64,000 nt of DNA, taken from Haliotis rubra. Taxonomy: Eukaryota. Where the stretch lies: the NCBI RefSeq assembly GCF_003918875.1, contig NW_025765195.1:62001-126000 (forward strand). The letters are read 5' to 3'. This document shows, one piece after another, positions 1 through 12,700 of the stretch; the first letter of the stretch is position 1, and each line of letters starts with the position of its first letter. Both the position numbers and the translations under genes were made by a program. A model generated the notes under the pieces. It was not told the origin of the DNA. It ran no database searches and worked only from the letters and a program-made list of their open reading frames with translations.

Positions 1-715
1 TTTCAAGCAAAATTATTTTTATTCAAAGACAAAGCGTTAGTCTAGCCAAGACAATACCATGTCATGTACCATGTGTTTAAGAAGTGAAAATGTGAGTTAT
101 CTCCCCTGGTGGGTACTAGTAGTACTTGAGTCTAACTAAACGTGACCCATTGTCCAAGTAACTAGCCCTGTGAACACCAGGGTTAGAATTGGTCTTCAGT
201 AACCCATGTCGTAACAGGCGATTAATGGGATCGGTGGTTAGGCTCACTGACTTGGTTGACACATGTCATCCTATCCCAGTTGCGTAGATGGATGCTTATG
301 CTGTTGATCACTGGATTGTCTGGTCCAGACTTAATTATTTACAGACCGCCACCATATGGCTCTAATATTGCTGAGTGCGGCATAGACTAAGGCTTAGTGT
401 CTGAATATATATAATTTTGATAGTAACAAACAAGCACGTTTATATTGAAAAGGAGCCCTAGGGAGACCAGAGATTCAGAACCTGAGGAAATCTAGACTTG
501 CTTTATTTAGGGCTTTAGCACTGCAGAGAAGGCTAGGCAGTAGGGATATTAATGTGGTTCAAGGACTGTGAGACAGATTTGTACATAACATGCAGGAGGG
601 GGGTCATTTACTTTGGACATAAATTGTAGTGGGTCACTCACATTGTACATGCTTCTCCATAAAAAGTCATCATCACCTCCCTAGCCATAAATCATGAACT
701 CTCCCTAATTCAAAG

Positions 716-3700
716 AACATATGTCCAGGAGCTGAGTTTGAAGCAGAGAGCAGCAGAACGCGAGTCGGAAGAACAACTTGTTCAACAGAGACTAGAGGCT
801 GAGATCCGTATTGCAGAACAGAGGAAGGAGATGAGAGCCCACGCCGACAAAATGGTCAGTAAGTGGTCACATATGGCCAAATCATGGAAGTGGTTTTACA
901 GTATTCATGTTTAGTTCCATTGTGTGGTGATTTTTGGTCTTTTGCATACGTCCTTGGGTCCTGTTCAACACCCCTTGAAGTCAAGCAACCCATGCTTGTT
1001 GTAAGAGGTGACTAACAGGATCAGGTGGTCCCGTGAACATTCGGGATAGAATTCTTTCAGCAACCCATGCTTGTTGTAACAGGTGACTCACAGGATCAGG
1101 TGGTCCCGTGAACATTCGGGGTAGAATTCTTTCAGCAACCCATGCTTGTTGTAAGAGGTGACTAACAGGATCAGGTGGTCCCGTGAACATTCGGGGTAGA
1201 ATTGGTCTTCAGCTACTCATGCTTGTCATAAGAGGTGACTCACAGTATCAGGTGGTCCCGTGAACATTCGGGATAGAATTCTTTCAGCAACCCATGCTTG
1301 TTGTAAGAGGTGACTAACAGGATCAGGTGGTCCCGAGAAGATCAGTGGTGGAATTGGTCTTCAGCAACCCGTGCTTGTCATAAGAGGCAATTAACGGGAT
1401 CGGTTGGTCCTACATGAAGCTAGTCTTGCTTTTCCAAGGTTTTTCCAACTCATGAGGCTTCTTTTCAATTTAAATGGGTTTATTTGTTACTATCAAAATA
1501 ATATATACTGTAAACCGCAACTATTCTGCGTCAGTTTATATTTTGCGAATTTTGCGTTTCTCTTCCCCACGTAAAACATTCTCGGCATAGTAATATTAAG
1601 AAAGGTAAATTTACATCACAAATATCTTAGACATTCCTCCTTCAATATTTATCAATACACACACCACAAAACAAATATTTCTGATGATACTTTATTCATG
1701 GAAATACACAGACAAGTTCTACACACAATAATAACAAAATAGATGTGTATTAAGAGCACTCCCGACCAGAGCAGTTAAAACAGAATCTAGTTTACTCAAT
1801 GTCATGTCCTATAACAAATAATCTTAACAAAAGCAGCTTACTGGTGGATTAGCCCACTTCCTGAGTCTGTCATTCATACAATATCGGGGGGGCGGTGGGG
1901 TAGCCTAGTGGTTAAAGCGTTGGCTCGTCACGCCTAAGACCCGGGTTCGAATCCCCACATGGGTACAATGTGTGAAGCTCATTTCTGGTGTCCCCTGCCA
2001 TGATGTTGCTGGAATATTGCTAAAAGCGCGTAAAACCAAACTCAGTCAGTCATACAATATCGATGTGATGTAAGAAGCAATGTAGTTTTAGTTAACAATG
2101 TTGTGTTGTGTTTACTACTCTCGCAAAAATAATACGTCGTAGAACAGGCTGGGGATACATTGACGCAAAATTTTCTAGGCGCAGAATATTTCCGTTTTAC
2201 AGTATTCAGGGACTAAGCGTTTACTAAGTCTCTGGTTGTCTGTAAAGTTGGATGACTGTGTTCTCTGTCAACCAAAGGTTGATGCCTCATCTGTTTATAG
2301 TGCAAGAAACATGTATAGATACACTGTGCATTGAAGTGAATGAGTGAGGGAGTTCAGGTTTACACTGCTTTTAGCAATATTCTAGTATTTCACGGCAGAG
2401 GAATCATTGCTTCATAGACATTGCACCCATGTGAAGAATCGAACATAGGTCTTTGGTGTGCTGAGTGAACGCTTCGACTACTAGGCTACTTCACTGTGCA
2501 GTGGAAATATCTGAATGATTGGGTTTTTTTAATATGTAAAGAAAGAGATGCTTAATTTTGTTTCATGATAAAAGTTAAGAGTAGATAAAAATCTGTGACA
2601 TGTTTGATAAAAGAGAGCAATCTTTTCTTAGTATGTTGAAATGTCTGAATGATTGTTTTTTTTCAATATGTAAAGAAAGAGATGCTTAATCTTGTTTCAT
2701 GATAAAACTTAAAAGTCACATGCAACGTAAAACACAACTTTGCAGATTCTGATACCTTTCGGTATGGACTTACCCGAAACAAATCGTCAAAAATGCAAAT
2801 TCAACTTATAAAGTTGAAAAATAACACGATGAAAAAAAACACGCGAAATCGGAGTTCAAACGTTTCACTAATTTTCCCCCGACTTTTCGGGGGAAAGCTG
2901 GTTTCAACAGCTGGGCTGCGCTCATAGCTCGTGTGCAGTGAAATAGGTCCGCGCAGCTTGGAAGCGGGTTGTCCGGTGAATACTCGGTGAAGGCTTTGGT
3001 GTGAGCTATTTTTCTAATGTTTTGTTGATATCTCACTGGCGCGAGCTTTTTATATGTTATAACAGTAAATTAACTGTTATATAATTTCATTTGTCTATTT
3101 CACCACACGTTCTTCTTACCGAGTCACTTTCTCAGTTCGATACTTGAAAGCAATGTCATTATTTTGCGTTGACAGAATTTCTAACTGTGATATAGATATG
3201 TCGTTGTCACAGACAAAACTCAATGTCTTGTTTTATTGACACCTGTGTGTCTGCCTGCCTGTCTGCTAATGACAATATTCAATACACAGCTGCTATCACT
3301 GACCACATGCAATTTGAACTTAACACCAATCAGACTATTCACCATAAACAAAATGCATTGATTTATGGCCCGAGTTCGGTCTCTGTCACATTATGTAATT
3401 ACACAGACAGGCAGGTGTGATACTTGAACACATGACATGTTATGATGTCTGTTGATTGTGAAATGTTATACACAAAAAATGAGCATGTATTTACAAAACC
3501 CAACATCTCTATATGTACACACACAATGAGCAGTGAGGGCATCTGCAAATGAACCAGCCGTTACACTTGAGTGCACACCCACCCGCTATGACTGGGTTCG
3601 GTATCCCGGCTGCTTCGTTTCTTGGGAAGTAAACCCAAGTACACAATATTGTGCTTTTGATTTGCGATTGTACGCTTATAATTTTGTTTATATGTTTTTT

Positions 3701-6700
3701 CATAACCAGCAATGTATATTATATGTCATGAATAAGTGATAATTGTGTTTTAATTATTTTTGATTTTTTGGTTGCATGTGACCTTTAAGATTAGATAAAA
3801 ATCTATGACATGTTTGATAAAAGAGAGCAATGTTTTCTTAGTATGTGGAAATGTCTGAATGATTGTTTTTTTCAATATGTAAAGAAAGAGATGCTTAATT
3901 TTGTTTCATGATAAAGCTTAACAGTAGATAAAAATCTGTGACATGTTTGATAAAAGAGAGCAATGTTTTCTTAGTGTGTGGAAATGCATCAAACTGAAAA
4001 TGAAGTAACAATTCTGAGTGCCATGCATATATGCATGTGTCTGTACAATGAGTAGAAAATGTGTCAGCAGAGAACAGTGGTTTGGCTGCATTGGACCATA
4101 TGTATGTAAAGATGGTGCTTGTTGTTGCCCTGGCTGGTGCTTGGTCTAAGGGGATAGAACAAGGACTGGCTGCCTGAGGACTAGGATTTCTGTGTTAATC
4201 TGGGACATGGAATCTCTGTTGGCACGCATCATTAAACAACATTTATGTCGACTATTACACACAAGTCGCTATCTGCTATGATATGGCTCAATCATGCATT
4301 ATCAATAATAACATTGATTCTCTTTTCAATAATAATAATAATAATAATGATAATTATGAATTTATAGGGGCGGTTGGGTAGCCCAGTGGTTTAAGCGTTG
4401 GCTCATCACGCCGAAGACCCGGGTTTGAATCCCCACATGGGCACAATGTGTGAAGCCCATTTCTGGTGTTCCTCGCCGTGATGTTGCTGGAATATTGCTA
4501 AAAGCGGTGTCAAACCAAACCAGTCAGTCAGTGAATTTATAATGCGCCTTTTAAATGTGCAAGGCACATGCTCAAAGCGCTAACACACAATCTGATTATT
4601 ATTACCCTGGATAACCCAAGCTGCCTGTGAGGTGCTACTAGCAAACAAAGATAAGTTGACCACCGCCCTGACAATTGACCCGTATTAGCATGTATGAGTG
4701 ACGTAGACTGGTGCATGCCATTGTGAGCGAAGAGGCCCCAGATTGTCCAAATATTACCAACATGCTGCACCGACCACGTGAGAATCTTACGAGCAAGGCG
4801 TGTGCAGCTACACATGGAATCAGTTCATCGTCATGCACTGCAAGTGCTCTAGCCTCCATCTGCTCTACCTTTCACAATGGATTTGCTCATTTCCGTGCAC
4901 CGCCTACTTCTCGTAAACGCGTTCTCTGCGCCTGTCCATCTTATCCTTGTTTGCCAGTAGAAGGCTAACGGCCCCATGCTATTAATAGCTGGTAAGTGGT
5001 TAATGCTTGGGTATTTCTGTTACACCTTATTACATCTCCTAATCTGTTTGTAGCATATAATCCGTAATTTTGATGTAACAGGATGTTATGTTTTTGTTGC
5101 CTTTTTCATTCAGAAAAAGATGCTGGAAAATCATAACGAAGAGAAATATTTGAAAAGAACAGACAACAAGTTGAGAGACTAAACAGGTAGGAGAATGGTT
5201 TAGTGAGCTGTAATCATGGTAACCTTGCATGATTCAGGGTTAAAGGCACTTGTGGCCCCATTGCCTCAGCCTACAGAAGCTGAGTGGCAGAGTTACATGC
5301 CTTGTTTGTCCAGAAATCAGAACGCTCTTGCTTGATGGTTTTACATATTGTAAAATTCAAAGACCTGCAACAAATGGCGATTGCTTTCTTTATAGAGTTG
5401 ATAGTTTGGTAAAATCAATGTGAAATCTCTTCAAGATTTACAATGGGATTTTATCAACAGGATAACTTGCAATTGAAACAACCTTTTTGTTTTTGTTTAC
5501 GGATTTAACTGATGGCTGCGAAAGTCCACAATGAGAAAATGAAATAAAAATAGTTTATAGTTGCTTTATTTGCTCAATCACTCTGTCTTTGAAAGGATAG
5601 ATAAAATTACCCAAATATAGCAAATTATTTTTCTTCATGCTACCTATATTAAAATGTATTTTCCTGATGTTTACTTAATTTTAACATCTAATCCTGGCCT
5701 TTTCTGAAACAACTGCATCTGGTGTTTACTTCATCTACATATTACTCAAAACGAGCTAAACATCCTTTACAAAAAGAAATAAAAAGTGAGTTTAGTTTTA
5801 CGAAGCATCTAGCAATATTCTGAGTTTAATGAGAGTCATCTGGAATGTCCAATGGAAGTTATCTCCCCTGCATCAACGTACATTATAACATTTATTTTCA
5901 AATGCAAAGCCAGCAGAATTCTATGCCTTTTGGTCTTTCTTCCATACACTCTTCTCAAATGTTATTGGACCCGTGAAAATCCGGATTAGAATTGGTCTTC
6001 AGTAACCCATGCTTGTCGTAAGAGTCGACTAACAGGATCAGGTGGTCAGGCTTGCTGACTTGGTTGACATGTCATTGGTTCCCAATTGCGTAGATCGATG
6101 TTCATGCTGTTGACCACTGGATTGTCTGGTCCACACTCAGTTATTTACAGAACGCCGCCACAAACATGTAGCTGGAATATTGCTGAGTGCGACGTAAAAC
6201 TAAACTCTCTCACTCACACAAATGTTATTGATCCTTAGATATCTTTAAAAAAACTTGCTATGTATATTACAACTCAACTTTCAAAGTACATACGAATATT
6301 TGTATGACATATCAGAATGTATATGATCATTGTATCATTGTATCATTATATGTACTGTGAATAATACAACTCAACATTTGAATTTCACACGAATGCCTGT
6401 ACCATGTCACGGTTTTGTCATGTATAATGGTAATCGTATGATGTACCGGTACACATACTTAGGGAAATAAAAATACATAAAAATAACCAAAAAAAACCCA
6501 TAAATTATTACCTTTTGTGTTTGCAACAGGCTACAATATTGAATTTTTGCTCGGATGTAAGAATTTTGGGGGGCTTAAGCTAAAATAACTGCATTTAAAT
6601 AAGGTCTAATAAATGTCAAACGAAATATTTTTCAGTCTTACAAAATAATGCTTGAGCAGGAACAATTTTTTGTAGATAGGCAACTTCTTGATTGCAATGG

Positions 6701-9700
6701 ATGCAACGTTTCGGTGTAGATGCTGACACCGTTATCAAGCAAGTGATCATTGATAATGGTGGTAGCATCTACACCAAAACGTTGCATCCATTGCAATAAA
6801 GAAATTGTCTGTCCATCGAAAATTGTTCCTGTTCATTATACCAGCTTCTAAATGTGACTCAAAGAAGAAAAATAATGCTTGTATTCTATTACAGAGAGAA
6901 AAGCAACCACCTGTGTACCTCTGTGGATGTGAAACATTCGTCAGCCAGGTTGAAATTTGAAAAGATGCTGCAGCAGAAATACCACCAGATGATGCTCAAC
7001 CAGTGAGTTCAGCTTGTCTTAAAGACCCATGAAGATCCGGGCTAGAACTGGTCTTCAGCAACCCATGCGTGTGGAAAGCCGACATATAGCTGGAATATTG
7101 CTGAGTGCGGTGTAAAACAAAATTAAACTCACTCTCTTGTGGAAGGAGGCGACTAAGGGGATCGGGTGGTCAGGCTCGCTGACTTTGTTGATACATGTCA
7201 TCATATCACAGTTGCATAGATCGATGCTCATGCTGTTGATCACTAGATTGTCTGGTCCAGACTCGATTATTTACAGACCGGCGCCATATAGCTGGAAAGC
7301 TGAAAAAGGGCTGGTAGAGTAGCCCAGTGGTCAAAGCATTCGCTCATCATGCCGAAGACCTGGGTTCAATGATGTGTGTAGCCCATTTCTGGTGTCCCCC
7401 ACCATGATATTGCTGGAATATTGCTAGAAGAGGTGTAAAATTGAAAGTCACTCACTCACTCAGAAAGTGTGCCTACTCATTATTGTGACACTCTCAACAA
7501 GAATGTTTTAATGGGTACCTAGTATTTATTGGAAGTGTTTAAACTGAAGTCTACCCGTGAAGATCTGGGTTAGAATTGATCTTTAGTAGCCCATGCTTGT
7601 TGTAAGAAGCGACTAATGTGATCGCGTGGTCAGTCTCGCTGACTTGATTAACACATGTCATTGTATCCCAGTTGCATAGACTGATGCTCATGCTGTTGAT
7701 CACTGGATTGTCTGGTCCAGACTTGATTATTAACAGACCGCTGCCATATAGCTGGAATATTGTTGAGTGTGGCGTAAAACTAAACTCACTCACTCACTAA
7801 ACTGAAGTCTTACTTTACAGGAGTAAACGTGAGAAGCGTCAGGATTTTGCTCGACAGTCTGTGGAGAAGATGGATAATGAGATGGAGGCGTGGAGACAGG
7901 ACCTGGTGCATCGCAGGAAGCAGGTGACCAACTTCATCCTCATCCTGGTGGGGTAGCCTAGAGGTTAAAGCGTTGGCTTGTCATGCCGAAGACCCCGGTT
8001 CGAATCCCCACATGGGTACAATGTGTGAAGCCCATTTCTGGTGTTCCCTGCCGTGATGTTGCTGGAATATTGCTTAAAACAGCGTAAAACCAAACTCAGT
8101 CAGTCAGTCATCCTTCAGGATGTGATTTCACTATTTACAACCTGCACTGGTACATGTTAACAATGGCTGGTGCAGGTTCTTCAGTAACAGGTTGCACCTG
8201 GTGCAGGTAACAAAAAATCCTCCAACCTCTTATAGCTGCCATCGTGTGTTTTAATTGAGAAGTAAGTGACCAAAAGTAATACCTTTCTCTCCACATGACT
8301 TGTTACAAGCAGAAACATTAGTGTACTCATAAATCAGTAATGTAGCAGTATCATATGATTGAGATTTGTAGATAAAGGTTAGGCCAGACCGATTTTATTT
8401 CTTGTTTTACGGATCCGCCAGTCGTACTTTTTCAAGAATAAGAAAAAAATTATAATTAATTTTACCTGCTCAAAAAATAAATTCCTCAAGTTTTTATTTG
8501 CCAAAAATGTAAACTTCCAAGAAAAATTTTTTAGATTGTTTTTTTTTGCCCACTGTACACTTCATAAATTGCCAAAAGTAAAATACTTTTAGTACTTAGA
8601 AGGACTATTACTTTGACTAGTGATGTTTTTATTTATTATTTTTCCTCCTGCCTTTAGGTTTTCTGAGGACATAAATGCATAAAACAAGAAATAAAATTGG
8701 TCTGGCCTTATGCAATATTGAAACGGAATCATCCATCTTTATAATTATGGGTCAGATTCTGTTAAATGTATCTGATACTGAGTTCTTGTTGTAAAAATTG
8801 CTAAACAAGTATTTATGGTACATTTTAGAACCAGTGACATTATTTTATGGTGCAACCAAGATTTTGATGGTGCAGCCGAACCAGGTTGCTCTTGGTGCAG
8901 GTAGTAAAAACCCGAAATCGCACTCTGTCCCCAGTGTCTGTTTTCAGGCTTGTTACAAATAAATTGATATTCCATGGGGACTCTGGGATAGAATAGATCT
9001 ACATAACCTTTGTTTGTCATAGGATAATGATAATAATAATAATAATGTGGCCACTTATGTAGTGCTGAACACCTCGACACACGGGCATGCTCTAAGCACA
9101 TACAGCATGAGGTCGTTATTACCCTGGATAAGAAGGTTAACAGTCATATTTTTATTTTGTTTATTATTATTGCATATTTATATAGCGCATATATCCACGC
9201 ACTAGTGCATGCTCAAGACGCTGGTATTTTTTTTCCCTCAATCATTGGATGTCAATCTCAATGGCACATCGTATTATCAATCCCAACTCCCTGGGGATCA
9301 TACAACTCCCTGGGGATCATACAACTCTTGCTGCCACAATGTGCACCCAGTTATTGAGGCTTTCCCATCCTTACGAGGTACCCATTCACAGCTGGGTGGA
9401 CTGGGATACATAGTCACAGTACTTTGTCCAAGTTTACTGCGCCTTGCTGCACCCGCAACTAGGTATTTGCACGTATTCATGTGGCCACCATCTGGTCACT
9501 TACCAATGGATTCGTGGGTTCTTCTAAGTGCACAGGGTGTGTACTGTACTCTAGGGGTTGTGACAACACTGAAAGAGTCTGCACACAAAGTTGACTCCAA
9601 GGTTTTTACACTCAGTCACAGGTGGGCCGATCCCGGCGCCTCATGACTGCTGGATCACTAGCCTGGCGCCTTATCCAGCTCGCCACTGCGCCCACCACGC

Positions 9701-12700
9701 CCACAGCCCCACAGTCATATGACGTATCCCACCAGGTACCCAGTTTCTGCTGGGTGAACAGAGGCAATTTTAAACAAACTCACTTGCCTAAGGTGAGACC
9801 ACATGTATCACATGTGCTTCGTTGTGAAGCAGGACTCAAGTCCTGGAAACTCTCTGGAGTCAAGCTGCCAAACACGGTCACCTATCCAAGGACTCTCTGC
9901 ACCCAACTTCACCTGATTTGTGAGCTGGGCTCTGTGCACAAGACCACACACAACCATGTGATATTGAAGTTGTTCACCAGTCACAAGGGGACATGGGTTG
10001 TTATCTTACCTCACCCATAAATGTCTTTTTCTGATTGGCTGAGCACTCTTCTATTATTTTCAATGTACCCCACTGTCAATGACAACTCATTTGGTACTTC
10101 GTGATACTAATTCTTTATCTCGAATAACATTGAATAACGTATGATGTACAGAAATTACCGATGTTTTGCGAATGCAAATCGACTCAGATGTACCCCCGAT
10201 GTTTGTTTATGTTCCCCTCACCCTTCAGGCTCTGGGAACATAAACAAACATCGAGGGTACATCAACCCATGTACCCCAAGGGACCTGTGAACAACTTATA
10301 ATGTACCCTCTGTTTGTATATAAACAAACATCAAGGGTACATCAACCCATGTTCCCCTCGTGACCGGTGAACAACTTATAATGTACCCTCTGTTTGTATA
10401 TAAACAAACATCGAGGGTACATCAACCCATGTACCCCAAGGGACCAGTGAACAACTTATAATGTACCCTCTGTTTGTATATAAACAAACATCAAGGGTAC
10501 ATCAACCCATGTACCCCAAGGGACCAGTGAACAACTTATAATGTACCCTCTGTTTGTATATAAACAAACATCGAGGGTACATCAACCCATGTTCCCCAAG
10601 GGACCAGTGAACAACTTATAATGTACCCTCTGTTTGTATATAAACAAACATCGAGGGTACATCAACCCATGTACCCCAAGGGACCAGTGAACAACTTATA
10701 ATGTACCCTCTGTTTGTATATAAACAAACATCAAGGATACATCAACCCATGTTCCCCTCGTGACCTGTGAACAACTTATAATGTACCCTCTGTTTGTATA
10801 TAAACAAACATCAAGGGTACATCAACCCATGTTCCCCTCGTGACCTGTGAACAACTTATAATGTACCCTCTGTTTGTATATAAACAAACATCAAGGGTAC
10901 ATCAACCCATGTTCCCCTCGTGACCAGTGAACAACTTATAATGTACCCTCTGTTTGTATATAAACCAACATCGAGGGTACATCAACCCATGTACCCCAAG
11001 GGACCAGTGAACAACTTATAATGTACCCTCTGTTTGTATATAAACAAACATTGAGGGTACATCAACCCATGTACCCCAAGGGACCAGTGAACAACTTATA
11101 ATGTACCCTCTGTTTGTATATAAACAAACATCGAGGGTACATCAACCCATGTTCCCCTCGTGACCGGTGAACAACTTATAATGTACCCTCTGTTTGTATA
11201 TAAACAAACATCAAGGGTACATCAACCCATCTTCCCCAAGGGACCAGTGAACAACTTATAATGTACCCTCTGTTTGTATATAAACAAACATTGAGGGTAC
11301 ATCAACCTATGTTCCCCTCGTGACCGGTGAACAACTTATAATATACCCTCTGTTTGTATATAAACAAACATCGAGGGTACATCAACCCATGTTCCCCTCG
11401 TGACCGGTGAACAACTTATAATGTACCCTCTGTTTGTAAATAAACAAACATCGAGGGTACATCAACCCATGTACCCCAAAGGACCAGTGAACAATCTATT
11501 TATCTTACAATCACCTCAATGGTAATTTCGCACTGTTTGAAGCACAGTTATCGGATCATAATAAGCAGTACCAGAGTTAGGCAATTAGCCACTAACGACA
11601 GAGGACAAGAAAAACAAATTTAGAGTTATCTCCCTCCCATGGATTTGCGTTCGCAAAACATCAGTAATTTCCATACAACATACGTGACTCAATTATTCGA
11701 GATAAAGAATTACTAATATGAAGTACCAAATGAATTCCCACTGTTCGACATTCCCAGCAGATAACATAGAAAATGTTACTTGTAAGCGGGGTACACTGAA
11801 AATAATAGAAGAGCACTCAGCCAATCAGAAAGCGACATTTATGTGTGAGGTAAGATAATGATGATTGTGGCACTAAACAATGCAATTTTTTTTTTTTTGT
11901 ACAACGGCACCCAGGGCACTAAAACTACACAAGTCCCAGCCATTCTGTTGTCAGCCAAACAAAAAACCACTATTTCTTTTCTGCTTATGTAAAATATATG
12001 CTTAGTGATCCTCACATTCATTTGCAATCTGTTCATGGCTTAGCTGGAGAGGAAGGCCAGCGAGAGTGTGGAGCGACGGCGACAAGAGGCGTCACATAGA
12101 CTCCAGGAGGAACGCAAGGCCAGGGACAAGGAACACAGAGTTAACATAAAAAAGTTAGTAGTGAAATAGATGTAGACTAGTGTTTAAACTGTTCATGTCG
12201 TTTGTCATGTCGAAGACCTGGGACTGATTCCCCACATGGGTACAATGTGTAAATCCCATTTCTGGTGACCCCAGCAGTTATATTGCTGGAATCTTGCTAA
12301 AAGCGGGATAAAACTCACTCACTCGCTCGCTCGCAATATGTTAAGCTCATTACCGGTGTCCCCCGCCACGATAGTGCTGGAATATTGCTATAAGTGGCGT
12401 AAAACTCACTCACTCACTCACTCGCTCGCTCGCAATATGTTAAGCTCATTACTGGTGTCCCCCGCCACGATAGTGCTGGAATATTGCTATAAGTGGCGTA
12501 AAACTCACTCACTCACTCACTCACAATATGTTTCGCTCGCTCGCAATATGTTAAGCTCATTACTGGTGTCCCCCGCCACGATAGTGCTGGAATATTGCTA
12601 TAAGTGGCGTAAAACTCACTCACTCACTCACTCGCAATATGTGAAGCTCATTACTGGTGTCCCCCGACACGATAGTGCTGGAATAGTGCTATAAGTGGCG

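Noticed and set aside
1886-1960. tRNA genes at the A/B-box sequences
   Set aside because: They continue into a shared SINE body and tail, have TSDs and lack a proper acceptor stem.
5968-6050. Assignment of the family B head as an HDV-like ribozyme
   Set aside because: The pairing order does not match the HDV nested double pseudoknot. It is kept only as an unassigned structured-RNA candidate.
10240-11494. CRISPR-like appearance of the palindromic 80-bp array (also the 74-bp and 53-bp arrays)
   Set aside because: Units repeat head to tail with no unique spacers, there are no cas genes, and the context is eukaryotic.
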